The notes under the pieces were generated by a model. That model had not been told where the DNA came from. It did no database searches and saw only the letters and a program-made list of their open reading frames with translations. Source: Eledone cirrhosa (taxonomy: Eukaryota). From it: a stretch of DNA of 64,000 nt. Made by a program: the position numbers and the translations under genes. Of this stretch, positions 26,301 through 42,380 are shown in pieces. The stretch is from contig OZ024746.1 of the NCBI GenBank assembly GCA_964016885.1, positions 42,346,001 through 42,410,000 on the forward strand. The letters are read 5' to 3'. Every line of letters begins with the position of its first letter. Position 1 is the stretch's first letter.

Positions 26301-28959
26301 CTATTTTGTTTTTCCTTTGACTATCAAATGAATTTTCCATGTCAGTTACATGTTCCTTTTGAATTTGATATTAATACTTTATCTTTCCTATGTAAATTGT
26401 TTTTATTTTAAATTTCATTCAGTTAAATACATTTAAAAAAATGATTTTATACTAATATGAGGCACAAGGCCTTATAAATAATTATATGATATCCATGTTA
26501 TATTTTTCAAATATCATGAGCAGCATAAGAGAATTGAAATGAATTATCTACAGAGAAAATGGAACTGGATACAAACGTAGGTTAGCATACTTTGACTCTA
26601 CAATGCTGACATCTACTCTATGTCATTATAACTTGCAATAAAATCAAAATTCTCTAGAGATGAAATAGTCATTCAAATTGATTCAGAAATGTTTAGAAGG
26701 ATGTTGTCAAACTTTGACTGTCCCAAGTTGAAAAAACTTCTCAAAAGGCACAAGTTTTCCATCTGTGTCATGTGTTAGTCTTTTCACACTAATCTGCTTT
26801 ATGTAAAAATTAAAATACTCTTGAACATTACTCCCATGTGAAAATAACTAATACTAAAGTTATGGCCATTTATGGTTGATTAATCTTTAAATTTAAGGGA
26901 GCCATATGCTATATTTTAGTTTTCTAGAAATGTCTCATTTTAAGATTTAAGTTTAGTTATTTATTTTTTAGAACATTGATAAAGACACTTTTAAATTTCT
27001 TTTGTAAATTCTATAAATGACATAACGTTTACTTTATAGTAAAATATGACTTGCAAGAATGGCTGTTGTCAAGAAGTTTGCTGCACAACTATATGGTTTC
27101 AAGTTCAGTTACCCCTACACAGTACCATTAGCAGGTGAGTTCTGTCATATTCTCAAATTGACCAAAGTCTTGTGAGTGAAACTCGGAAGAGAGAAACTGT
27201 GTGGAAATCTGTTAGAGGGGCTATTCCTGTTTTGGGGTAGTAGACATTAAGTCATCTTATTTAACATTACAACATTGCTACTGGGTGCCTTTAGTGGAGT
27301 ACAAAAGCAATCAGGCCAGGTCCCCAGTCTGAGGATAATTTCCTCACACCATTCTAAGAGGTTTTGAAAAATGTCATAGGCAGTACTTTCCTTTCTCTAA
27401 GCCATGAAAATGAAAAAAAAAAAAAATTATATATCTATAATGGGAAGTTATTTAATGCTAAGTTTGGTATCAAAAGGATAAATAATGAGAAACTTAAAAT
27501 ATGTGACAACATTGAAATAGAAAATTCTTTACTATGTTCATATATACATTTTAATTTTAAAATTTAATGTTTTCAATATTTGACTTAGAAACGTCCTATC
27601 TAAATTACAACATTTTACAAAATAGGATGTTAATCTTTGAAGTTCTAAGACATTTCCCCTCTCTAATTTCTATTGGAAATATATAATTAAAGACATTAAA
27701 TTGTATGTATACTCCAATTGTACATACCCTCCGTATTTATTCCAAGGCATTGAATTGGCAATATACCAAACATTGCTTTTGAATTAAATTATTAGCTGAA
27801 CCAATCATTAATATTCCTTTTACCAAGAGAACCATTTTAAAGTTATAGTCAGACACTTCTGGTATAGTATATTTATTATGATTATATAATAATTGGCCAT
27901 GCAATATAATTCTCTGTCATTTGTAAATTTATCAACTTTTCAGGTGGAATGATTATGTTAATTTAGATTACTAAATGGCCAATCTAATCCTAAATCCTAA
28001 ACCATAAAGTGAGAATTGTGTGTAAATGTCAAGGAATTCTAAGACAAGCATATAATCTAACATGCCAAATAGCTTAATACACACATTGTATTACTGAGAG
28101 GAAGCATTCTATATATCATTTTCTGAAATATTGATTTAATAGAATGATCTGATGTTTTAGATCTAGAGAGGAGTAGGAATGGTAAGTTATGCCTTCTAAA
28201 GAAATTAGAGCAGGGATTGAATCAATTCCAACAAGGAATCAGAACTGAACCAACATCTTCACTGAGAATCGAATATTGTACCACAGTACTTCATACAATT
28301 AACTGAATAATGACAAAAAAAAAAATCATTCAGAACTTGGAGGTATGTAATTCAATTTGTCATTCATATCAAAATATTGTACTTTTTGTAGAATGAAAGA
28401 ACATTTCAAGGATAAAAATATTCTTGTTTGTTATGATTTGCTGAATTATTTTATGGCTGTTTGATAGGAATGCTGAATTATGGAATGCATTTGAAATCCT
28501 TAAATGAATCCATTCTAGATGATATGTAGGAAGATATGAATGTTTCTATAAATGAAATATAAAAGTATACAATTTCATATAAGGGCATAAAGCTTCATAT
28601 CTACATGAGTCATGAAATAGAAAGTTGTGACATGATTTTCTCAAAGGCATTAAGGATGGCAGTGGTGTGGTTATAACAGGGAATTGAAAACGAGGTTCAA
28701 ATTCTATTCACCATAAATTAACCACTATGCCAAAAAATAAAATATAAAAGATTATGATTTGGGAACTTAAAGATGTTTGTAATATTTCAGGGAATAGAAT
28801 ATTTTTTTGGTTTCTATGAATAATGGTGAAAAGCTCATATAGTTAAAAATTTAACTAAAATTTTTTTAACTTATGTAAGAATACTTCTGCCATGATTCTG
28901 TAGCTGCACTGTCACCAAGACTCAATCTATCTATATTTCTATCGATCTATTTATTAGGC

Positions 28960-30230
<1,271 letters not shown>

Positions 30231-30479
30231 TCATAACAAATTGAGAAGAAGAGAACTATGAGTAAATTTCTTTTGTTTATCTTTTAATAACTGTCATTGT
30301 TCATCTGTAATTCAACTTAAATGAAATTAAACCAACGATCATGAAAAAGAAGAGAAGTGTATACTGAAAAACACAATAGGGGGTGCAAGTAAAATATGTT
30401 TGTTCTACAGAGACAAGACATCCATACTGTCTGTGTGGGAAGAGATTTGTATTTTTTTCTTTTCTTTTTTTTTTTACAG

Positions 30480-30530
30480 GTAGAAGGTGATGAAGCTACA
30501 GTGCAAAAAGTAGATGTAGTTACCTACTAG
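30480..30530 (+). CDS. Candidate terminal exon of an upstream + strand gene (VEGDEATVQKVDVVTY*)
   Basis: Very strong pyrimidine tract (tttttttcttttctttttttttttacAG); only phase 0 is open; protein-like composition; no homology recognised. Confidence 0.45.
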   Translation, partial: VEGDEATVQKVDVVTY

Positions 30531-30899
30531 TGTTCATTTAAATTACATTTCAGTAGAAGCTGTGTATGTTCCAGCTGGTTTTTTAGTAATTTTTTCTCTC
30601 TTTTCACATTTTTTTGTTGTTTTATAGATTTGCACGGTGCAAAGATCTTAACGCAGTCTGAGGTGCCACAAATGAAATGATAAAAACTGTATATGAGTAA
30701 ATAATGGTCAGACATTGCACAGATTCTGGCATACACACAGTTTTGAATGTTTTATAGATCTAAATAAAACCGAAGTATTGTTACACCATCTCAACTTCTA
30801 GTTCCCCTAGCTGCAACAAAGCAACAGAATTGATGATGTGAAATGGGTTTTTAGAAGTCTGTAGAAGGTTTATTTACAACTGGTTTCAGTTTAAAGCTT

Positions 30900-31500
30900 T
30901 ATTGTTCAATATTTTTATTAGTATAAATTTACTTGTTTTTCCAAACATATCCAGAATTTATACACCTTTCTACAATGGTTGTAGAAAAACAAATGAAATG
31001 ATCCACATACAAAATGCTAAAAAGCATTACACATTATTTGTCAATATTCCACAAACTGGCCAAAGACACAACACATCATATTGCGTCATACAAGTCCTGT
31101 GGAATTTTCATTCAAGCTATATTTGTTGTTGGTCATGAAATGTGTTCTGTTATTTCCTGTGATTCTGAACAGATGGCATGGCAGTTGTACGGGTCTATGT
31201 TTGGCCTGTGTGCAGGAGAACAGGGGGTAATTTGCAACTATTTTCCCTGCCGGAACAAATAAGAAATCTGTCAAGCCAACCAGGCAATCACTATAAAGCC
31301 CCATGACAACTTCCATTAATGTCTGAATCGTATTCACAGTAGATGTGCCTGCCTTTTGGACAAATTTTATCACAGCTGTTTGCTTCTCAAAAGTGGCCAT
31401 TGTCTTCTGATCTATTTACAAATTTGACAAAATGTTTGTAGAACTGTCCAGGATTTAACATGGCTCTGTTACTACAAAATCAACATTTCTATAATTTCAT
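30900..31500 (-). mobile_element. Degraded mariner-like relic
   Basis: MATFEKQTAVIKFVQKAG resembles the mariner N-terminal HTH start EQRAVIKF. Confidence 0.45.
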
Positions 31501-33305
31501 ATTTTTCTAAACAACCATCTTTGAAGAACAGATAAATCTAAGATACTTGGAAGAAACGTTAAAGCAGAAATATTTTTAAGTATTACACACACTCCCACTT
31601 GTACACAAATACATACACAACACACATCTATACATCTAGATATATGATACATACGCACACATATTTAGTCTCGTGAAATGTATATGTTCGTTAAGGTTTA
31701 AATATGTATGTTAAGTAAAAGATAAATAACAAAGAATCTTCTGAACATAATACAATGCACCTTAAAAATTAATGGAGCATACTGGTTCTTGATAATTTCA
31801 GAACTAATAACACTGGATTGAAAATCATTTACTAGTAACAACAAATATTAGAGTTGAGATTAATCTAAAGCTGCACAACAGAGTACTTTTTTTACCATCT
31901 GCAGATCAAATGTATTCTCAGCTCCTTGCATGACCCAAAGAAGGAGGAAATGTTTGATGAAAGATGTGATAGAAACACTAACCTGATGCTGTGGTGTAGA
32001 TGAACCGTATTTGATAACATGAATCAAATATTTAGAAGGCTTCTCCCTCTTCTAGCAGCATAAGATAGTTGCAGTCAATTTTCTAGGTATAGCCAGAAAA
32101 TATACTTTTAAATTGGCAGCTAGTATATTAATGTTAACAGTATATAGAAAGAGACAAATACAAAACAAATGTATACTCTTATTCAAACTCTGTACTATGC
32201 CCAGATTCATTTTCATTTTAATCTGTGGGGCTGGGCTACAATTCCTATAATTTGGTATCATAGTCAGAGAAGCCCAATAGACAGGATTCGTTTATGGGAA
32301 GATTTTGTATTTAAGACTAATTCCCCACACATTTACTCTGTTGTTAATCAGAAATGCCAGATTGCATAGTGACCAGAGTTTGGGATTGTCATGAATGATG
32401 ATCCAAGTCTCCCTTGTGCTGCTGATCGATTGGTTGGTTGGTTGGTTGGTTTACTTTTCAGAAGTTCTATTCTTAAAACTAATAATGTGACAGCAAAAGA
32501 CTTAACAACATTTGTTTTTGTTTGAATAATAATGAATTCAATATCAACAAACTTCATGAGATTCTGATACAAGAGGACTTTCAACATCTATAAATGACAA
32601 ACACAGTACTAACCAAAGAAGAAGGAAGACAATGTAATTTTTGTCACTTTGCTGTCGTTCAGCTTTGTGCATACAGCATTCCAGACCATAATGATTGTTA
32701 TGCAAATATATCTACATAAAATCCTTAAAAATTTGAAATGCAAACTGAATTTTAAAAAATAATATCTGAAACTGATTTGATGACCAGATGTTTACTAGAC
32801 ATTTTATCAGTCACCTGAGCACTTATAATGGCTATTACAAATCCTCATTAAGTGTTCAGAAGTTTAGAATATGCCACATTGTACTTTTTCTTCATCAGTT
32901 TACTTTCAAGTCACAGTACAGCTTTGTTTCTTTTGTTTTTGTATTTTTTGTCCCCAACAAACTGAGTAGCAAAACTACAAAACACTTACATAACATTGAG
33001 CAAAGCAAATTATTCCAAATAGAATACAAAAATTAAGTATGAAAAATAAATTCTTTAATTTAAAGTGTAAAATTCTAGATTCTACTATTTGCTTGTTATA
33101 AGTTGTTACTTGACACATTCATGATATTCAGGTTTAGAGTATATAAGGTAAGGACTTAAAAAATGTCCTTTATTTTTTCTCTCTCTAAATATTCTTACTT
33201 TACAGTTGTGTGCAATATATGTCAAGTTACAAGTTATACAATATTAATAACATTACTAATTTTTCTTAATTTTGAAGCAGATAATGTTGTGCCTGTTTAC
33301 TATGG

Positions 33306-33582
33306 CAATATATATATATATACGTTACATATGCATAATTTATATATGTATCATATATGTATTATATATATATGTTACATATGCATAATATATATATGTA
33401 TCATATATGTATTATATATATATGTTACATATGCATAATATATATATGTATCATATATGTATAATATGTATGTATATATATATATATATAAATATGTATG
33501 TATATATATATATATAAATATGTATGTATATATATATATAAATCATATATTTATAATATATATCATATATGTATATAAATCA

Positions 33583-33639
<57 letters not shown>

Positions 33640-33852
33640 CATATATGTATAATATATATAAATCATATGTGTATAATATATATCAATCATATATATATAA
33701 TATATATCAATCATATATGTATAATATATATCATATATGTATATAAATCATATATGTGTATATATATATATATATATATCATATCATATATGTATAATAT
33801 ATATAAATATATATACATATATTTGTATATATATATATATTATTCATATATA

Positions 33853-33895
<43 letters not shown>

Positions 33896-34094
33896 TATAT
33901 ACATATATACATATATATAGATACATATATACATACGCATATATATATACACACATATATATATGAATATATATACACACATATATATATATATTATACC
34001 TACATATATATATACACACATATATATATATTATACCTACATATATATATAATGTGTATACATATATATGTATATACACATTATATATGTATAA

Positions 34095-34126
<32 letters not shown>

Positions 34127-34132
34127 CACATT

Positions 34133-34163
<31 letters not shown>

Positions 34164-34277
34164 GAATAATATATATGTATAATATATATATTATATATAT
34201 ATGTATATACATTATATATGTATTATATATATATATATATATCAATAATATATATGTATAATATATATATATATACA
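33306..34277. repeat. TA-rich compound microsatellite/minisatellite
   Basis: Direct inspection; includes a duplicated unit of about 47 bp at 33320-33460. Confidence 0.95.
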
Positions 34278-35751
34278 GACACTATCTATCATAACAAAAA
34301 AATCAACCAACAATAATAATAATAAAACAACATCAATACTAATACTAATAATAATAAAACAATATATTTATCTCTAATATTATAACCTAAAATTGGTTAA
34401 TTAAAAAGAATTCATAAAAATGTTATAAGCCAAGATTCCACTATCACAGTTAAGAGCATATCTAGCACATGGTGACTGATAGCCATTTTTAAGCAACGGT
34501 CAGTCAGTGAAGAAATTAGTTAGTGTCATTATAGCTGACCAGCTGCAGGATACCTCATTCTGGTGTTTATGTTTCCATACTAGCTTACAATGATAACAAA
34601 ACTAGTACAGTACCTTGTATATTAGATCCAACCAAATGCATAGGTATCACCACAGCTGAGGCATTGGATCAAAGTAAATCAATATAGAAAGCAGTGATAA
34701 CAAAATTTGCTGAAGAAGACTAGAAATTATCAGTAGGACTTTATAACGAAAACAGAGAACCTTTACCTTTTGAAGAAATATGTAAGTGCTGTTTTTGATT
34801 CATGGGAATAGAATTTTAGTGTCAAGTTGAGAAAATATTTTGACAAACAACTATTCAATATTTTTTCCAAAAAGTAACTTCCACAAGAATAATTTAATTG
34901 CTTTTCAGAGAATTCGTGATACCTTTTGATATTTGTTTGGGAAGAAGATCGGGGTAAGAAATAGTGTTCGAATGTTTGCGTTTTTATTTATTTATTTTTT
35001 GATAGTTCTAAGAATAGTCTCACCAAACTGTGTCATGTGACTTGTCCACCTAGACTTTTCAAATTCAACAGTTTTCCCATACAAAGCCCTTTTTACTGCA
35101 TTAGTTATTGCTTGCAGCCAGGGAGGGAATAGGTTGATTCACACACACATCTTTGGATAATAAATCAGATGTGAGTACTTCAGAAAAGTAACATAGCTTA
35201 TTTTTCCTTTCTTTATATTTGTATGTGCACACTTGGGCATGAGACTTGAAACTTTTCACATTAGGCTCAGACTCACACAAATATAAATATCCATACATGA
35301 ACTTAAAATGAATGTAAAAAACGTTTCCCAGGAAAATCATAAGCAGAAATAATAAATAATTGAATAAAATGTGCATTTTTGTTTTCCATGAAATAAAAAG
35401 TTAACATTCTCAGAGTGTTGTCCTGCCCTATTTTGGCAGATGTGGCAAGGTTTAAAACAGAAGATTGCAAAGCAAAAATAGCTTTCAGCAATGAACTTAA
35501 GTCCTTACCTGACTGTAAAATCTGAATGTTGTTGACAACCATAGTCTGTATAAGACAATTGTTACACAGACTCTGGCGCATTACTTTGGCAGGGAGATAT
35601 GGAAGTATTAACTTCCCTGCATCTGACTCTCTCCACTTCACCAAACCAGCTGGTTCTAGAGAAAAGGCAGTTGCCACCTATATATGTTTGTTTTATGTAA
35701 TTCAACTCAGTTATATCAAACATATATTTTATTCATTAGGACAGCTACTCC

Positions 35752-35805
<54 letters not shown>

Positions 35806-37614
35806 CACATATATATCACAAACATACAAACATATGTATACATGCACATGCATATACATATGCATACATATATAGTGTGTATGAATATATTTATACATGT
35901 GTATTTGTGTGTATTGTGTGTATATATATTTATACACACATACATACATATACACGCACACACACATATGGCATGAAGTTTCCTTGTTCAAGTATATATA
36001 GAAATCGTTCATTGGTAATGCTGGGATCCTTAATCTTTATGAAAACTCTGAAAATATATTGCCTTCGAAGTCTATATAGAGTGAACCATTGGCTGAGGTG
36101 GTAATAGTTTTCTTTTATCAGAGTTTCGAATATTTCCCATAAAACACAAGACTTGATGTGTGAAAAGGTTACTTTTAGCTACTATCTAACCCTTTTCTCC
36201 AGGTATTAGAATACAGTTACTAATAATTATTGATTATATTTAGTTACAAATCAAAGCCAAAAAAAAAAAAAAAATCAACATAACAATCATTTAAATATTA
36301 CATTGGTTAAATATCAAGTTTGGCTGAATATGAAATATAGACTGAATACATTTTTAATTTAAGAACGACATTATATGCTTAACTGAGAAAAACAAGAGTA
36401 AGTGACTGCTTATCTTATGTATATAGAAAAAGGTTCTTATTAAACTGTTTGACAGTATAAAATCGCCATTTAGCCCTCCACTCAACTGCAGACAAGGCCT
36501 ATAATTTTCTGAGCCATATGTTAGCTACATAGCCAGCAGTGTTGACCACCATTTTTGAAACATGGAATATAGAGTATGTCAGGCTTCTATTCATGTGTTG
36601 GAAATCAGTTTGGCATTGTGTGCTAATGAGTGGCTCTTGTGGGCTTGCGATCAGCTGGATGCTGGGATCCATTTGTATAATTCTAGTTTGATACAAAACT
36701 TTCATAACACCTTGTGGCATGGTTTCAATGTAATCCATATGTTTTTATTATGGATGATTAGTAATGAAACTCCAGCAAAAAAATTGAACTTCAATTTCAC
36801 TATAATAGTGCCTGATTTTCAAATATTTAATAACAAATAATGGATATAAAGACACAATTTTAGATTCTAACACAACTGTATCCTTTTTGCTGTGTCTGAT
36901 TTGGTATATACATTTTGATCACAGTTTGAACTGTGTTTTTTTTTCTTTTTATATATATAGCAAAGAGTGATTACATGGAAAAAAAAAGTATTCCATAGTT
37001 ACAGAAACACTTTCACTCTACACCATTTCATCAAGTAAAAAATATTACACTAGTTGCAACTTAGTAACAGTCAAAAGACTGTAAGATCATTTAGGAATTC
37101 ATACACACAAAATGGCTACCCAGTATATCCATTTGTTTAGTTTTAGGTGATGAGCCAAGGAGATGCAAATGTCAGATTAACATAACAATTAACATTTATA
37201 CAAACAGAGACACAGATGACGATGTACTTTTCCTTTAGACGTCATTCAGTTCAGCACCATTTGGGGGCCATTGTCTATGTTACAGGTGAAATGAATGATA
37301 TTCTGCCTCCATTAATATCCTCATAAAACCAACATAGGGGGTTAACTACCCTTCAGCTTTCAGTATTGCCTTCTGGATTCATGAAGTTAAGTTACTTTCA
37401 CTTGTCTCTTCACCGATCATTTTACCAATTACTTAGTTTTCCTTTCTTCGTTAGTTATGAGAATCCTTTCTTTCAGTTGAATCTACACCTGTACCATCAA
37501 TGGCTTTAAGAAGATGAACAATGATAGTGTTGACAACTTGATCTTAAGCAGTTTTATCACCCAGATTATCAAATTAAGTCTTCACAGAGTGAAACGTTTC
37601 TGTAAGTATACAAA

Positions 37615-37634
37615 AATGGGACATATGTGTATGT

Positions 37635-37698
<64 letters not shown>

Positions 37699-37699
37699 G

Positions 37700-37731
<32 letters not shown>

Positions 37732-38295
37732 ATATATATATGTATATATATATATAGATATAATATATATATGTATATATATATATAGATATTATATATG
37801 TATATATATATATATAGAGATATAGATATATATACACATATGTATATATATATATATAGATATATAATATATATATATAGAGAGATATATAATATATATA
37901 TATATATACACACATATGTATATATATATATATATATATAATATATATATATATATAATATATAGATATATAAACACACATATGTATATATATAGATATA
38001 TAATATATATATATATATACACATATGTATATATATATATAATATATATATATACACATATGTATATATATAGATATATAATATATAATATATATATGTA
38101 CATATATATATATATAATATATAATATATATATGTACATATATATATTATATATATATATACACATGTATATATACATACATATATATCTATGTACATAC
38201 ATATCTATATATATATATGAACATATATTATATACATATATATGTATGTACATATGAATATATAAATATGTACATATATATATATATATATATAA

Positions 38296-38326
<31 letters not shown>

Positions 38327-38515
38327 TGTATGTATGTATGTATGTATGTATGTATGTATGTATGTATATATATACAAACATATACACACACATATATATA
38401 AATGCCTGACAACCGCAAGTATGTATATGTATATAAATATATGTGTGTGGGTGTGTGTATATATGTATGCATACATATTCATATGTAAATGTATGTATGT
38501 ACACGTATCCATATA

Positions 38516-38556
<41 letters not shown>

Positions 38557-38567
38557 CATGCATATAG

Positions 38568-38612
<45 letters not shown>

Positions 38613-38635
38613 TATATATATATATTTATATATAT
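37615..38635. repeat. TA/TATG-rich compound microsatellite
   Basis: Direct inspection. Confidence 0.95.
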
Positions 38636-38874
38636 CCAAGTTTTCAATGCAAAGATTCTTTTCAGTACATTTTTGTAAAGTGAAAGCAGATTTCCCACAA
38701 AACTTTCCATCCTTGGTCATGTTAACTAAGTACTTGAAGGTACTAGTTTTCTATCTATCAGTCTACCTAGACTTCTATTATATACGTATGAATTTGCATA
38801 CATATATGTACAGACACATGTACATCTGTGTAATGTATTACACATATATACATATCTGTATACTATGTATATTT

Positions 38875-38880
38875 TTTATT
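38875..38880 (-). promoter_or_regulatory. Possible polyadenylation signal of the minus-strand gene
   Basis: AATAAA on the minus strand about 730 nt after the stop; AT-rich background weakens this. Confidence 0.3.
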
Positions 38881-39606
38881 GTTTTGTTTTGTTTTTTTTT
38901 AAAGAAATTAATAACAATTGATTAAAATAAGGATTGATGAGTGGCAGGCAATGTAATATGATTTGCTTGCATATATTTTTCAGGAAAGACAGAAGGCAAA
39001 CTGAAAGCTAAGTTCTCTTACATACTCCTAAATACAATACATACACATTCTAGATATTCCATTCTTTTGTTTGTTTGCTTTAACTTTAAACTCGTTTGCC
39101 TTCTCTTTCTCATGATGGGTTTGGGGAGTTGAATAATAACAATATATTTTTAGCATCATTTTTTTTTCCTTCAGAGCATGACTGGGAAAAGTGCAGGCAT
39201 CATGTACCAGATAGCTATTGGTGAAAGGGAAAGCCTCTTTCCACATTTTACTTCATTTCTCATTGCTTCCTGGAAACATTCATTTGATAGTGATGATTAC
39301 TTATTTAAAATGACTTCTTCTTATTGTCACCGGATGGACAAATATGAACTAAGAAACAATAGCATGATCTGTGTAGGAATATGACCAACATCTATTGTCC
39401 AGGATGAATGCTGTGTCCACTTGTAATAGATTACACAATCCTAAGAACACAAATTTGTGAGTTATTCCTCCAGGTATTGGTCTGAAGATAAGCTGGCATG
39501 CCACTGTATGAATCCAGAACCCTCCTAATTGTAAGGAGAAAACTGGAGCAGCCAAGGATATCCCAGGAATCCAGGCAGGAGGCAAGTGAGTAGGGTTTGT
39601 TTCTAT

Positions 39607-39950
39607 TTACATAGCGGATTCACGCACATTTTCTTCATTGTCTCCAAGGTATACACCACTTTCACTGCTCTGTAGCCAGGAGGCGCTACGGTGCATGTCC
39701 TTAACGGTACAGTTGTGATGCTCGGGCCACGGGGAAGATGAGCTCGTTGTCTGATAGATCCTCAGAATAGGGACCTTGCTTTCATGAAAGACGTAATAGT
39801 TTATGACTTGTGCAACTGCATGACTCAAAAACATGCCACAGGCGAGGAACAGAAGCAGATATACACTATGGAACACCATCTGTCGGCTCGCTAGCTCTGT
39901 GCTTGTGAGGTTATTTTGGAGGAGCTGGACCGAGACCTCTTGAAGAATTC
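39607..39950 (-). CDS. Terminal coding exon 8 (344 nt incl. TAA): TM5 and cytoplasmic tail ending ...NVRESAM*
   Basis: Acceptor tttatctttcAG, phase 1 in frame with ORF 39607..39879; hydrophobic VFHSVYLLLFLACGMFLSHAVA. Confidence 0.88.
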
Positions 39951-40224
39951 CTGAAAGATAAACATTTTCTAATTAGTCATTACTTTCAAATAAACATGTT
40001 TAACTTCTTTTCAAAATATGTATAGGACAAATACAATTATTCTGCACTTAAAGATTATGGAATGTAAATTGTGCAACAAATCAAGTTTAGAATATAAAAT
40101 AAATCCATAATTTATAATAAACTAATGATACTGAATTGGAGTAGTATTCAAGTTTTCTGATACTAAATACTCAAATCAGGTTATTTTTAGTATGTAACAA
40201 TATTTGATATTTTATGATACTAAC

Positions 40225-40381
40225 CATCATAAAACTGTGGCTGGATGGACATGAAGTTACACGAGGTAATTGTGGTGGTAGGAAGTGATGGCGGCGAGCT
40301 ACATGAAGTCTGTGATGATGAAGATGATGTGTTTCCCATAATGTTGCAGATATCTTCCAAAACTTTATCTAAAAGCTGCCT
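40225..40381 (-). CDS. Coding exon 7 (157 nt, phase 0 to 1); missed by ORF track
   Basis: Acceptor tgatttttatAG, donor GTTAGT; RQLLDKVLEDICNIMGNTSSSSSQTSCSSPPSLPTTTITSCNFMSIQPQFYD. Confidence 0.85.
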
Positions 40382-40899
40382 CTATAAAAATCAAACATCA
40401 TAAAATTGAAATAATTCAAATATAAATAAAAAGTCTTCTGATATTGAAATAGAATTGTGGTTATCAAATGTGATGTCATTATTTGTCATGAAATATGTTA
40501 CTTTTCTAAATATTTCATAATATGAAACATGTGTCTATAAAGACACAAATAGATATATTTAACTTTGTATACTCATTTCTTGTTTATTTTAATTTAGAAG
40601 CAGAAGCCAATCTAAAATCTCAACAATCTTAGCTATAGGGAGTTTATTATTTTTTTTTCACATTTTAGTTCAAACACATCATTTCCTTAACAAATGGACT
40701 GTTCAAAAAAAGTTTTATATAGTACACATGCATATATAAAAACGATAAATGTACACCCTGCATAAATGACTACTTCAAGCAAATAGGAGAGTTTGTTGTG
40801 GTTACCCAACCTAGTAGGAATAGCAGCAATTTTGTTTTTAATTTACTTTACTGTCTTAAAAATAAGGTCACATTATATAATGTAGTTCTAGATACACTA

Positions 40900-41375
40900 A
40901 AGGGTGGGTGGAAGGAAACTCCCTATTTAAAATTGTTAATAACTTTATTAATTATTGGTTGATTTTCATAAAACATGTTTTATTTTGAATAGTATAATGG
41001 TAGTAATACAGTACAGTGTTAAAATTCTACATAGGCACCAGTGTTGTCCACCAGTGTTTGTAATTATCTAGGTATATCCTCGATTAACTTCATCATGAAC
41101 TCAGGCAGTATTTTGGTCAGTACATGATTACATTCTTCCAATTGAGTCAGAGGTTTTGGTTTTGAGCTATAAACGTCTTCTTTCACCCACCCCACAAGGA
41201 AAGGATTGCATGGCATTAAGGCAGGGCTTATTGCTCACAATTCATGTGGAACTCAACACCCTGGAAATTGAACATCAAGCCACTCTCAGGCAGTGCATGC
41301 AAAATGAGGAAGGATTTCATCTTGCATGAATATAAGATCATTGATGTTGTCCCAAGTGTGGTCACAGTAGACCAC
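40900..41375 (-). pseudogene. Fossil Tc1/mariner-superfamily transposase 3' half, nested in an older dispersed repeat
   Basis: FMQDEILPHFA..EWLDVQFPG (cf. QQDGAPPH..WLD..FPG) and WVKEDVYSSKP (cf. WG.LKE.VY..P). Confidence 0.75.
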
Positions 41376-41509
41376 AATCCAACTTGTATGTTTTAAAGAA
41401 AAAGATGGGTGATCAAGGCTGAAATGCCTTTGATCACAGATCTAGTCAATTAGAACTGAGACATAAGCTTAATCATGTTCTGTGGTAAGTAAGGAGTATA
41501 ATATTTTCA

Positions 41510-41737
41510 TTAACATTTTTCTAATGTAAAACACTGCCTGTGTTTTCAAATAATTTTGAAATCATCAAGGACATAACTAACTTTTTCAATATTAAGCTAG
41601 TGTCTGAAGCATGACTTAACATAAGTTCATAAGTACAATTATGAAAGATCTTTAGAGAAATATAAATGCTTTAAATCAAAATGTTTTGGATCAAAGAACC
41701 AGGGCAATTTCAGGCAGATTGGTATCAAAAGGGTTAA
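41510..41737. mobile_element. piggyBac-like MITE
   Basis: Ends ggtatcaaaaggg|ttaa; related copy at 56943-57182. Confidence 0.55.
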
Positions 41738-42334
41738 GATAGCAAGTAAAGGAAAACATAGCAACGGGGAAAATGGTCTCCAAGTTATCCAGAATCAACA
41801 ATTATCAAGAAATACAAAGAATACTATTACTAGATAAAACAAAACAGATTTCACACAAAAACATATCTTTATAATATGTCAAGAGGCAAGATTGACAAAA
41901 TGGTCTAAGATTAACCATATTCTAAGTTGTTTTAAACTGAGATATAAGTTATAAGTAGGATTCCAGCTTCCAGATATCATGAGAAATAGACAAATTAATT
42001 TGAAATATTTTTCATATGTTAGTCATACCTTTTATAGTAATGGCGTCAAATATATATTCATGTATTTGCGCAGACATAGTTATTGCATGGAAATAAAACC
42101 AACTATACACTTGAAATCTGAGTGCTGAGCCAAATCAATCAGCATTAGATTAAAGTTAAAAAGAAAAAAAATGTTCAAATGTTTGATAGTCATTCTATGA
42201 TATTTACTAAGTTCCAGAAAAGGAATACAAGAAAAATTGGATACCAATATGACTCAAAATTGCTAGTAGAACATACATTTGAGTCTAAAATTATTCATCC
42301 AGAGAAAACTTACCACATAGGTTGTTGCTGATGC

Positions 42335-42380
<46 letters not shown>

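Noticed and set aside
34535-34781. Resemblance of SCRIP and YNENREPL to choline/carnitine acyltransferases
   Set aside because: Spacing is wrong, there are internal stops and no other motifs; probably chance
35303-35677. 124-aa minus-strand ORF
   Set aside because: Non-ATG start, no pyrimidine tract or recognisable domain, and no exon partners; cannot support it
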